A stretch of 60,240 nucleotides of DNA, counting the filler. It is 6 parts of 6 records of this genome, joined end to end, with 100 filler letters (N's around TTAATTAATTAA, not from the genome) between each part and the next. Parts side by side here need not be neighbours in the genome. Positions count along the whole stretch, not along the records: positions 26,978 to 35,775 come from SRR2962707_4314; positions 35,876 to 44,348 come from SRR2962707_4317; 4 more parts are not named here. One strand, 5' to 3'. The position numbers and the translations under genes are program-made. This document shows, piece by piece, positions 30,415-39,237 of the stretch (the stretch's first letter is position 1; each line of letters starts with the position of its first letter). A model generated the notes under the pieces. It ran no database searches, was not told the DNA's origin, and saw only the letters and a program-made list of their open reading frames with translations.

Positions 30415-31197
30415 ATGAAACTGGATTCTTCCGTGAGCGCAGTGATTACCGGTGGGGCTTCCGGCCTGGGTGCGGCCACCGCGCGGCGCCTGGCCGCCCA
30501 CGGGGTGCGTGTGGCGCTGTTCGACGTCAATGAAGAGCAGGGTGAAGCCCTGGCGGCCGAGCTGGGCGGCGTGTTCTGCAAGGTGGACGTCACCGATGAC
30601 GCGTCCGTGGATCAAGGCTTCGAAAAGGCCCGCGCCGCCATCGGCCAGGAGCGCATCCTGGTGAACTGCGCCGGCATCGGAGGCTCCGCCAAGACCGCTG
30701 GCCGGGACAAGAAGGACGGCACCACCAATCATTATCCGATCGACCAGTTCAATCGCATTGTCCAGATCAACCTGGTTGGCTCTTTCCGCTGCTCCGCCAA
30801 GGCGGCCAAGGGCATGCTGTCCCTGGATCCGCTGGAGCATGGTGAGCGAGGGGTAATGATCAACACCGCTTCGGTGGCTGCTCAGGATGGCCAGATCGGG
30901 CAAACCGCCTATTCCGCCTCGAAGGCCGCCCTGGTGGGCATGACGTTGCCGATGGCCCGTGATCTGATGGGCGAGGGCATCCGTGTCAACACCATCATGC
31001 CGGGTATCTTCGAAACCCCGTTGCTGGCCCGTTTGCCGGAAAATGTGAAACAGTCTCTGTCCGCCTCGGTACCGTTCCCGAAACGGCTGGGCAGTCCCGA
31101 TGAATTCGCCCAGTTGGCGGAAACCATGATCGTCAATGGCTACTTCAACGGGGAAAGCGTGCGTCTGGACGGCGCCATCCGCATGGCGCCACGGTGA
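30415..31197 (+). CDS. 3-hydroxyacyl-CoA dehydrogenase, SDR type (HSD17B10-like)
   Basis: TGGASGLG, VNCAGI, NTASVAAQDGQIGQTAYSASK and RLDGAIRM motifs. Confidence 0.9.
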   Translation: MKLDSSVSAVITGGASGLGAATARRLAAHGVRVALFDVNEEQGEALAAELGGVFCKVDVTDDASVDQGFEKARAAIGQERILVNCAGIGGSAKTAGRDKKDGTTNHYPIDQFNRIVQINLVGSFRCSAKAAKGMLSLDPLEHGERGVMINTASVAAQDGQIGQTAYSASKAALVGMTLPMARDLMGEGIRVNTIMPGIFETPLLARLPENVKQSLSASVPFPKRLGSPDEFAQLAETMIVNGYFNGESVRLDGAIRMAPR

Positions 31198-31216
31198 TCC
31201 GGCAAGGGCGGGAAAA

Positions 31217-31232
31217 TCGTCGCTTCGGACGG
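31217..31232. promoter_or_regulatory. Palindrome TCGTC-N6-GACG(G), copy 2
   Basis: TCGTCGCTTCGGACGG; -10-like GAGAAT 22 nt downstream. Confidence 0.5.
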
Positions 31233-31314
31233 TGCTCCCGCCTGGTCACGCTTTGAGAATTCAATCAATCGGTGCCGTCCGTGTCGGGCGGCACGCCGCA
31301 GGAAGGATCAAAAC

Positions 31315-32496
31315 ATGAGTGAAGCCTATATCGTTGCCGCGGCCCGCACCGCGGGTGGCCGTCGCGGCGGCCGTCTCTCCGGCTGGCACCCCGCCGATCT
31401 GGCCGGCCAGGTACTCAATGCCCTGCTGGATCGCGCCGACGCGGACCCGGCTCTGATCGAGGACGTGATCATGGGCTGCGTCGGCCAGGCCGGTGAACAA
31501 TCCAATAACGTGGCCCGCAACGCGGTACTGGCCTCGCGTCTGCCGGAATCGGTGCCGGCCACCTCGGTGGACCGTCAGTGCGGGTCTTCTCAGCAGGCGC
31601 TGCATTTCGCTGCCCAGGCGGTGATGTCCGGCACCCAGGACATCGTTATCGCCGCCGGCGTGGAATCCATGAGCCGGGTCCCCATGGGATCTCCGTCTTC
31701 TCTGGCGCGTCAGCAGGGGTTGGGGCACTACTTCAGCCCGGCGATGAAGGAACGCTACCCGGATATTCCGGATTTCAGCCAGTTCATGGGGGCCGAGATG
31801 ATGGCCGAGAAGTACGACCTGGCCAAGGACGAGTTGGATCGCTTTGCCCTGCTCAGCCATGAGCGTGCCAAGCGCGCCACCGAAGCCGGTGACTTCAAGG
31901 ACGAAATCGTGCCGCTGCCGGTTCGCAGTGTCGATGGCGCCGGTGACGGCGAAACCCACGACGTGGATGAAGGCATTCGTTTCGACGCTACCCTGGAAGG
32001 CATTCAGAACGTCAAGTTGCTGAAAGAAGGCGGGCGTATCACCGCCGCCACCGCCAGCCAGATCTGTGATGGCGCGTCCGGTGTCATGGTGGTCAACGAG
32101 CGCGGTCTGAAAGCCCTGGGACTGGAGCCCATGGCTCGCATCCACCATTTGACCGTGATCGGCCACGATCCGGTGATCATGCTGGAAGCGCCGATTCCGG
32201 CCACCGAGCGGGCACTGAAGAAAGCGGGCATGAGCATCGATGACATCGACCTTTTTGAAGTCAACGAAGCTTTCGCGCCGGTACCGCTGGCCTGGCTGAA
32301 AACGCTGGGCGCCGACGCCGACCGTCTGAACGTGAACGGCGGCGCCATTTCCCTGGGGCACCCGCTTGGCGGCTCCGGCACCAAGCTGATGACCACGCTG
32401 TTGCATGCTCTGAAAAAGCGCAACAAACGCTATGGTCTGCAGACCATGTGTGAAGGCGGCGGTCTGGCCAACGTGACCATCGTCGAGCGCCTCTGA
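31315..32496 (+). CDS. Acetyl-CoA C-acyltransferase (thiolase)
   Basis: DRQCGSSQ, NEAFA, GHPLGGSG and MCEGGG motifs. Confidence 0.95.
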   Translation: MSEAYIVAAARTAGGRRGGRLSGWHPADLAGQVLNALLDRADADPALIEDVIMGCVGQAGEQSNNVARNAVLASRLPESVPATSVDRQCGSSQQALHFAAQAVMSGTQDIVIAAGVESMSRVPMGSPSSLARQQGLGHYFSPAMKERYPDIPDFSQFMGAEMMAEKYDLAKDELDRFALLSHERAKRATEAGDFKDEIVPLPVRSVDGAGDGETHDVDEGIRFDATLEGIQNVKLLKEGGRITAATASQICDGASGVMVVNERGLKALGLEPMARIHHLTVIGHDPVIMLEAPIPATERALKKAGMSIDDIDLFEVNEAFAPVPLAWLKTLGADADRLNVNGGAISLGHPLGGSGTKLMTTLLHALKKRNKRYGLQTMCEGGGLANVTIVERL

Positions 32497-32593
32497 TTCC
32501 GGACGCGCTGATCTCCCCGCGGGCCGGGGTATACCGGCTTGCGGGGTCCGTTCGGTGGACGAACGGTATAACGAATAACAAAAGGAGGTATCC

Positions 32594-34246
32594 ATGCAGG
32601 GTCTGATGCAAGACAAGCCGCTATTGATTTCCTCGCTCATCGAGCACGCGGCCACTTTCCATCCTGAACAGGAAATTGTCTCGCGCAGCATTGAGGGGCC
32701 TATTCATCGTACCAATTACCGGGAAATCGCCCATCGCGCCAAACAGGTCGCCAACGTCCTGAATGAGCTGGGTGTCGAATTCGGTGATCGGATCGGTACC
32801 CTGGCATGGAACACCTGGCGGCACATGGAACTTTATTTCGGGGTTTCCGGGTCCGGTGCGGTGCTGCATACGGTGAACCCCCGTCTGTTCCCCGAGCAAG
32901 TGGAGTACATTCTCAACCATGCCGAGGACAAGGTGCTGTTTTTTGATATCAGCTTCGCGCCGCTGGTGGAGAAACTGGTTCCACAACTGAACAGTATCGA
33001 GCATTTCGTGGCGCTCACCGATCGCGCCCACATGCCCGAGGCCGATATTCCCGGTCTGCTTTGTTACGAAGACCTGGTGGAAGCCGCCAGTGCCGAATAT
33101 GTCTGGCCGGAATTCGATGAACGCACCGCGTCGAGTCTGTGCTACACCTCCGGCACCACCGGCAACCCGAAAGGGGTGCTGTACTCCCATCGTTCCACCG
33201 TATTGCACTCGCTGATGGCGATGGCGCCGGACGCCTTCAATGTCAGCGCCCGTTCGACCCTGCTGCTGGTGGTGCCGATGTTTCACGCTAACGCCTGGGG
33301 CATGCCCTATGTGGCGGCCATGGTTGGTGCGAAAATGGTTCTCCCCGGTGAACATCTGGACGGTGAGCATCTCTATCCGCTGATGCGTGACGAGCGGGTA
33401 ACGTTTTCCCAGGCGGTGCCCACGGTGTGGCTGATGTTCTTCCAGTACCTGGATGCCCATCCGGAACTGGATCTGGATAAGGAACTGTGTATCGACACCA
33501 TCGGTATCGGTGGCAGCGCGCCGCCGCGGGCCATGGTGCGACGGCTGGAGACTCAGCTGGGCGCTCAGGTGATTCAGGGCTGGGGTATGACCGAGACCAG
33601 TCCGTTGGGTGTGGTCAACCGGCCTCTGCCGAAACACGATGACCTGGATCGCGACGGCCTGGATGAGCTCAAGGTGAAGCAGGGGCGCGGCATCTGGGGC
33701 GTGCACATCAAGATCGTCAACGATGAAGGCGAGCCGCAGCCCTGGGATGGCGTGCACTCCGGCCATCTCTATATTCGTGGCCCCTGGATCGCCAGCGGCT
33801 ACTTCCGGGCCGAAGGTGGTGGCGTGCTCGATGACGAGGGGTATTTCCCCACCGGTGACATCGCCACCCTGGACCCGGACGGCTATTTGCAGCTGGTGGA
33901 TCGGGCCAAGGACGTGATCAAGTCCGGAGGGGAGTGGATTTCCTCCATGGATCTGGAAAATGCCGCCTTTTCCCATCCCGGCGTGGCGGAGGCCGCGGTA
34001 ATCGCCATTCCCCACGAAAAATGGCAGGAACGCCCGCTGATGGTGGTGGTGAAGCGCGCGGGCGCGCAGGTTGATGAAGACGAGATCATGGCGCATCTGG
34101 CGGAGCGGGTGGTGAAGTGGTGGCTGCCGGACGACATCGTGTTCGTGGACGAACTGCCGCATACCGCCACCGGCAAGCTGCTGAAGACCAAACTGCGTGA
34201 GCAATTCGCCGGTTATCGCCCTCGACGCGAAGCGGAGAGGTCCTGA
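32594..34246 (+). CDS. Acyl-CoA ligase (AlkK/DmdB-like)
   Basis: [44 protein letters not shown] and TATGK motifs. Confidence 0.9.
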   Translation: MQGLMQDKPLLISSLIEHAATFHPEQEIVSRSIEGPIHRTNYREIAHRAKQVANVLNELGVEFGDRIGTLAWNTWRHMELYFGVSGSGAVLHTVNPRLFPEQVEYILNHAEDKVLFFDISFAPLVEKLVPQLNSIEHFVALTDRAHMPEADIPGLLCYEDLVEAASAEYVWPEFDERTASSLCYTSGTTGNPKGVLYSHRSTVLHSLMAMAPDAFNVSARSTLLLVVPMFHANAWGMPYVAAMVGAKMVLPGEHLDGEHLYPLMRDERVTFSQAVPTVWLMFFQYLDAHPELDLDKELCIDTIGIGGSAPPRAMVRRLETQLGAQVIQGWGMTETSPLGVVNRPLPKHDDLDRDGLDELKVKQGRGIWGVHIKIVNDEGEPQPWDGVHSGHLYIRGPWIASGYFRAEGGGVLDDEGYFPTGDIATLDPDGYLQLVDRAKDVIKSGGEWISSMDLENAAFSHPGVAEAAVIAIPHEKWQERPLMVVVKRAGAQVDEDEIMAHLAERVVKWWLPDDIVFVDELPHTATGKLLKTKLREQFAGYRPRREAERS

Positions 34247-34418
34247 TTTATTTACCTTGAATTCCGCGTCTGTATTGCAGGCCAACCGTCCCATCGGCGT
34301 CTCTCAGGAGACCGGGCGCGGAGTTCCTTTTTAATCTCTTCCCTTTGTTTTTCCCTGGTGCTTGCTCCCGCTCTACCTCCGGCTCATCTTCCGGCTCTTT
34401 GTTCCGGGAAGGGAGACT

Positions 34419-34434
34419 TCGTCGGAACCGACGA
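34419..34434. promoter_or_regulatory. Palindrome TCGTC-N6-GACGA, copy 3
   Basis: TCGTCGGAACCGACGA; -10-like TACACT 23 nt downstream. Confidence 0.55.
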
Positions 34435-34702
34435 TGATACCCGCACAAACCGCCTCTTACACTCGAAGCGCCGATGGATGAAGCGTTGCCATTTATTCCC
34501 TCCAAACCCGAAATGGCAATGAATCAATTGGCTTTACTTAATAGATCACTGTTTCAGAGCCCTCTGGTTCGTCATGGAAAAGACTTAAAACAAAAACGCC
34601 GTGTCCGTTGATAACGGCGCGGTAACGCACGGGAGTCGCAATATGGCCTGGATAACAACAACAGCAAAAATCGACCTGCTTTTCCGCTAAGGAGCTTTAT
34701 TT

Positions 34703-35281
34703 ATGTATGCATTGGGTCGTTGGCTATCCAAAATCACCAATCTCATGACCGTCATCGGTGGCCTCGCTATCGCTCTGATGATGTTGCACGTTACCGCCGA
34801 TGTGGTGGGCCGGTTTGTTTTCGGCACGCCCATTCCCGGTACCATTACTATTGTCTCCCACTACTACATGATCGTCGCCGCTTTTGTGCCTCTGGCCTAC
34901 GCCGAGCAAAAAAACGGACACATCACGGTGGAGGTGGTCACCGAACGTTTACCGCAGGTCGTGCAAAAACACCTGGAGGGCTGGGCGTTGGCGTTTTCCG
35001 GTGTGGTGTTCTCGTTCCTGACCGTGCGCACCTGGGGTGAGGCCCTGTCCAAACACGCTATTAACGCCTCGGTGGTTCAGGGCGACGCCAGTATTTCCGT
35101 GTGGCAAACCTACTTTGTGCTTCCGGTAGGTATAGGCCTGATGACGGTAGTGCTGTTTTATAAATTCATTGTCTATCTGTTTGGTTTGAAGTCCGGTCTG
35201 GATCAAGAGCGCGCTCAGCCAGATGAAATGCCGTTGGCGGCAACTCATCTCGCCGACGTTGAGAAGGAGGACGCCCGATGA
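34703..35281 (+). CDS. TRAP transporter small permease (DctQ)
   Basis: DVVGRF and GHITVE motifs, four TM helices. Confidence 0.85.
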   Translation: MYALGRWLSKITNLMTVIGGLAIALMMLHVTADVVGRFVFGTPIPGTITIVSHYYMIVAAFVPLAYAEQKNGHITVEVVTERLPQVVQKHLEGWALAFSGVVFSFLTVRTWGEALSKHAINASVVQGDASISVWQTYFVLPVGIGLMTVVLFYKFIVYLFGLKSGLDQERAQPDEMPLAATHLADVEKEDAR

Positions 35282-35775
35282 GCGACGTTCAAATCGGTTT
35301 GACCGGCCTGGGGTTGTTATTGGTTCTGATTGGCCTGCGTGTGCCGATCGGCATGGCGCTGATCGGCGTGTCCTTCGGTGGTCTCTGGTACTTGATGGGC
35401 TGGGGCGTGGCGTGGGGCTCGCTGGGTCTGATTCCCTATCAATTCGCCGCCAACTGGGTGCTCAGTTCCGTGCCCATGTTCCTGCTGCTGGGCTTTATCT
35501 GCTTCCATGCTCAGCTGACTCAGGGACTGTTCCGGGCGGCACGGCTATGGCTCTCCTCGATTCCCGGTGGCCTGGCGGTGGCCTCGATTTTTGGTTCCGC
35601 CGGCTTCGCCGCGGTCTCCGGCTCCTCGGTGGCCTGTTCGGCCGCCATGGGACGTATCGCGGTGCCGGAAATGATACGGCATAAATACCATCCGGAACTG
35701 GCTACCGGCACGGTGGCGGTGGCCGGCACCATTGGTGCGCTGATTCCGCCGTCCATCATCATGATTCTTTACGGC
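35278..35775 (+). CDS. TRAP transporter large permease (DctM, 3' truncated)
   Basis: SVPMF, GGLAVA, SGSSVA and AGTIGALIPPS motifs. Confidence 0.9.
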
Positions 35776-35875
35776 NNNNNNNNNNNNNNNNNNNNNNNNN
35801 NNNNNNNNNNNNNNNNNNNTTAATTAATTAANNNNNNNNNNNNNNNNNNNNNNNNNNNNNNNNNNNNNNNNNNNN
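35776..35875. other. Artificial contig linker
   Basis: N44-TTAATTAATTAA-N44. Confidence 0.98.
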
Positions 35876-36159
35876 GCCTTGCCTTCCATCACCGGCTTGG
35901 ACGCCAGGGCACCAATGTTGCCCAGCCCCAGTACCGCGCTGCCATTACTGATCACCCCCACCAGATTGCCGCGCCCGGTGTAACGGAACACGTTGTTGGC
36001 ATCGTCGACGATCTCTTCGCAAGCGGCGGCCACGCCGGGCGAGTAAGCCAGCGCCAGATCACTCTGGTTGGTCAGTGGTTTGGTGGCGACGACGGCGGTT
36101 TTGCCGGGAACGGGGAATTCGTGGTAATCGAGTGCAGCACGACGGCTGTCGGTGGCCAA
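35876..36159 (-). CDS. maeB: NADP-dependent malic enzyme, N-terminus (3' truncated)
   Basis: [23 protein letters not shown] and [19 protein letters not shown] motifs; TTG start with RBS AGGAGA. Confidence 0.92.
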
Positions 36160-36259
36160 GGTCAGGTCTCCTAATGGTTTTTCCTGGGAAGATTGTGCGA
36201 ACCAGTGTACTGCTCCCCACCGGCATCACACTAGGGAGTAAAGCCCCTGGAACCCACCA

Positions 36260-36291
36260 AACTGTTACATTTCGCCAACTGTTACAATTCG
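36260..36291. repeat. 15-bp direct repeat upstream of maeB
   Basis: AACTGTTACATTTCG-cc-AACTGTTACAATTCG. Confidence 0.6.
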
Positions 36292-36321
36292 GTTTGGTCA
36301 ATCTATTCCGGAGTCACCGTG

Positions 36322-36732
36322 TCAGGAGACCACCCAATTCTCCAGGGCCAGATCCGGAACCCGCCGAAACTCACGGAGATTATTGGTCACCAGGGTCACG
36401 CCCAGAGCGAGCGCGTGAGCCGCGATGAGCGTATCCAGACTGCCTATCGGTGTGCCGCACGCCTCCAGATAAGTACGCAGGTCGCCATAGCGCTCGGACG
36501 CGGCCTCGTCGAAGGCCATCACTTCGAGCGGTGCGAGGAATTTGCCAAGCGCCTGCTGATTGCGCTTCGAACCGCTCTTAGCCACCCCGAACGCCAATTC
36601 CGCGGCGGTAATGCTGGACACAGCAACGTTGCCGGCACGCAATGATTCGAAGTGACGAAAGACCTTCTCGGGTCGCCGATTGATGATGTAAATACAGATA
36701 TTGGTGTCCAGCAAATAGCGCAGCCCTTCCAT
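36322..36732 (-). CDS. vapC: VapC PIN-domain toxin
   Basis: YLLDTNICIY, ELAFG, DTLIAAHA and LVTNNLREF motifs. Confidence 0.93.
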   Translation of the reverse strand: MEGLRYLLDTNICIYIINRRPEKVFRHFESLRAGNVAVSSITAAELAFGVAKSGSKRNQQALGKFLAPLEVMAFDEAASERYGDLRTYLEACGTPIGSLDTLIAAHALALGVTLVTNNLREFRRVPDLALENWVVS

Positions 36733-36737
36733 TGGCC

Positions 36738-36971
36738 TTACTCCATTGACTCTCGATCCTGTGCCGCCGGTTGCTCCCGTTCCATTTGGAAATCCGCGTC
36801 AAACTCCTCGAGAGCCTCGCGCATGATGTCCCAAGGGCGTTCCACCGGCAGCAATAACACACCATTACCAAAACGCCGGGCGATCACTTCCGTCCCTTCG
36901 AAGCGCAGGTCCTTGGGCAGCCGCACCGCCTGACTGCGGCCGGACATGAAGATTTTAGCGAACTGGGTCAT
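36738..36971 (-). CDS. vapB: VapB antitoxin (AbrB/VagC type)
   Basis: [20 protein letters not shown] motif; immediately upstream of vapC. Confidence 0.92.
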   Translation of the reverse strand: MTQFAKIFMSGRSQAVRLPKDLRFEGTEVIARRFGNGVLLLPVERPWDIMREALEEFDADFQMEREQPAAQDRESME

Positions 36972-36992
36972 GACAAACCCTCCGAAGAGCCC

Positions 36993-37017
36993 TGATACAT
37001 ACCGCCGGTATATATCA
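36993..37017. promoter_or_regulatory. vapBC autoregulatory operator (inverted repeat)
   Basis: TGATACATACC-gcc-GGTATATATCA (10/11 complementary). Confidence 0.65.
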
Positions 37018-37043
37018 CCTGGGACACGGCGTCAAGACCGTCA

Positions 37044-38657
37044 CTATCCACTATCGCCCACCGGCGCCGCCCAGACGCTGTCCGCTGGCCCCTGCCTCAC
37101 CCGCCGGGCGGTACGCTTCGCCGCCAGCATCAACAGCACCGCCGCAATCAGGGCCGTCCCTTCCACCGCCAACGTCGCCGGAGCGGTATGCAGCCAGGGC
37201 GGCAGGGAGGGCAGCGTCAGCGCCAGCAACCCGGTCAGAGGAATCGCCAGAGTGGTCAGCGCCGCCAACCACAGCAGTTCCACCACCGCGCGGGCGGCGC
37301 CGCGCCAGAACGCCCAGCCCACGCTGGCCAGGAAGACGGCATAGTAGACGCCCGGGTACCAGGCGTTGCTGTCCGCCACCAGTCCGTTCACCCATTTGCC
37401 CACCACCATGGCGGCGGAGACAGCCGCCACACAGCCCCAACAGACGCCCACGGTGGCCGCCGCCATCAGTTCGGTGGTGCGGCGCTGGGACACCGGTGCC
37501 TCATTGCGGCGTTGTTTGCGGCGGCGGGTTTCCACCCACAGTAAATTACCGCTGTAAAACAGAAAGGCCCCACCCAGCCCCATTAGCACATAAATCCAGC
37601 GCATCAGGGGGCCACCAAAATTGCCAAAGTGCAGGCCGAAAAAGGTGGTGATGATATCCACCCAGGGATCCTCATGGCCCGGCATGTAATCGGTATCGGT
37701 GATCTCGCCGGTATAGGGGTTGAGCTCGACGAAACCCCGATCCGCGCCGCGCACCATGTGCGCCGGATTTTCACCGGCGATACGCACCGAGGCCCGTGGA
37801 CCAAGCACATCGGAGTACATCATTTCCCGGGGCTCGAAGTCAGGATCATAGTTCCGCACCGTAGCCAGCAGTGTTGCCGGCGCCACCAGATTGTCCACCT
37901 GCCGGGGGATACCGTCATCGGATGGCGCCGGCCTGGAAAACAGCGGCCGGTCTCCGTACGCCACCTTGCCCAGGCCATCGTAAATCTGATCGTGGAAAGC
38001 AAACACAATCACTGTCAGGCCGATGACCAGATGAAACGGCAGGCTGGTGATACCCACCACGTTATGGGCATCGAGCCAGAACCGTTTGCGGTTCTTACCC
38101 GGTCGCAGGGCGAAGAAATCCTTGATCAGCGTGGGCAGCAACACGATCACGCCGGACACCAGCGCAAGCACATAGAGAACGCAGACCACTCCCATGACAT
38201 AGACACCGAAGTAATGATGCCCCTGTCCGGGAACGCCGCCGGTCTGGTGCAGCAGATCGATCAGTTCGGCCATGGCCGAAGGTTGGTAGGACGCCGTCCG
38301 CAGAATGCCGTCGCCGTCCAGCGAGGCCCGTCCGGTGACACCGGGAAGGTGCCGACCGCCCTGCTGCTGCCAGGTCAGGGGCACCGGCGCGCTCTCACTT
38401 TGCCGCAGGTGCAAGGTGAAGCTCCGGGCCGCTTCCGGATGGGCCCGCAGCACCGCGCCGATCAGCTCCGGCCAGCGTTGCTCCCCGGTCCACCGCCACT
38501 CGCCCTGCTCCGCCACCGGCGGCGACGCCCAGCGATCCAGTTGCGCCTTGAACATGGTCAAGGCGCCGGCGTAAAAGCCGATGAACAGCATCATGCCGGC
38601 GATCAGTCCGGTCCAGGTGTGCAGCGTCTTGTAAGTCCGTATTACGTCGCTACGCAT
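37044..38657 (-). CDS. PepSY-associated TM-helix protein (iron-regulated inner-membrane reductase family)
   Basis: LHTWTGL, LH, WLDAHNVVG..LPFH and GLHFGNFGG motifs; downstream of a TonB receptor. Confidence 0.88.
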   Translation of the reverse strand: MRSDVIRTYKTLHTWTGLIAGMMLFIGFYAGALTMFKAQLDRWASPPVAEQGEWRWTGEQRWPELIGAVLRAHPEAARSFTLHLRQSESAPVPLTWQQQGGRHLPGVTGRASLDGDGILRTASYQPSAMAELIDLLHQTGGVPGQGHHYFGVYVMGVVCVLYVLALVSGVIVLLPTLIKDFFALRPGKNRKRFWLDAHNVVGITSLPFHLVIGLTVIVFAFHDQIYDGLGKVAYGDRPLFSRPAPSDDGIPRQVDNLVAPATLLATVRNYDPDFEPREMMYSDVLGPRASVRIAGENPAHMVRGADRGFVELNPYTGEITDTDYMPGHEDPWVDIITTFFGLHFGNFGGPLMRWIYVLMGLGGAFLFYSGNLLWVETRRRKQRRNEAPVSQRRTTELMAAATVGVCWGCVAAVSAAMVVGKWVNGLVADSNAWYPGVYYAVFLASVGWAFWRGAARAVVELLWLAALTTLAIPLTGLLALTLPSLPPWLHTAPATLAVEGTALIAAVLLMLAAKRTARRVRQGPADSVWAAPVGDSG

Positions 38658-38658
38658 A

Positions 38659-38964
38659 TCAGCCGCCCTCCATGATCACACGCACCACCGCCAAGGCGGA
38701 AAAAGCCGCCATATTGGCGGCTCCCAGCCACAACCAGGCACGCAGGCCGGTGCGAAACAGATAGACGAAAGCGAACACCGCCATCCAGATCACCGGTACC
38801 ACCCACATATTGAATTGCACCTTGTTCGGGGCTTCGATGCCGCCCGGCCCGAGCCAGGCGAACAGCCCCATCAGTGCCAGGGCCAGGGTGAATCCGAGCA
38901 CGCCGCCGGCCAGAGTCTTGCTCCACCAATGCGGTTGAATCGGCGGTCGTTTCGGCTTGGCCAT
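38659..38964 (-). CDS. Small membrane protein of the PepSY iron-uptake operon
   Basis: Three TM segments (WWSKTLAG...); its start overlaps the upstream stop. Confidence 0.65.
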   Translation of the reverse strand: MAKPKRPPIQPHWWSKTLAGGVLGFTLALALMGLFAWLGPGGIEAPNKVQFNMWVVPVIWMAVFAFVYLFRTGLRAWLWLGAANMAAFSALAVVRVIMEGG

Positions 38965-39224
38965 CAGGCGCGCCCCTCCTTGAGCAGTGACAGCAACGGC
39001 AAGGTGCCGAGCAACAGCATGAGCACGGTCAGAGCGGCGAAGAACCCTGCCTTGGCGTCCAGCGTCACCATCCATGCCGGCCAGGACAGCAACAACAGCG
39101 CCCACGACAGAGCCCGCCAGCCGATACCAGCCAGCGGCCGCGCCAGCCACCGCTGATTGGGTGAGCGCAGGTACACCAACACGCTCCCGGCGACACTCAA
39201 CAACAGGCAAATCGAAACCGTCAT
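38964..39224 (-). CDS. Small membrane protein of the PepSY iron-uptake operon
   Basis: Hydrophobic 86 aa with YLRSPNQRW; translationally coupled. Confidence 0.65.
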   Translation of the reverse strand: MTVSICLLLSVAGSVLVYLRSPNQRWLARPLAGIGWRALSWALLLLSWPAWMVTLDAKAGFFAALTVLMLLLGTLPLLSLLKEGRA

Positions 39225-39237
39225 TTCATCACCCCGG

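Noticed and set aside
32548-32566. Fourth copy of the TCGTC-N6-GACGA motif before the CoA ligase
   Set aside because: The left half-site and spacing do not fit; it is better read as a CCGTTCG/CGAACGG hairpin.
31261-34294. Long antisense ORFs (476 aa and 557 aa), and similar ones at 37629-38675 and 46947-47975
   Set aside because: Shadow frames of well-supported genes in GC-rich DNA, with no recognisable motifs.
34513-34611. 32-aa ORF in the dctQ leader
   Set aside because: No RBS and no leader-peptide composition.
36322-37017. vapBC as marker of a mobile element or defence island
   Set aside because: No integrase, transposase, tRNA or att-like repeats nearby; an ordinary solitary chromosomal TA module.
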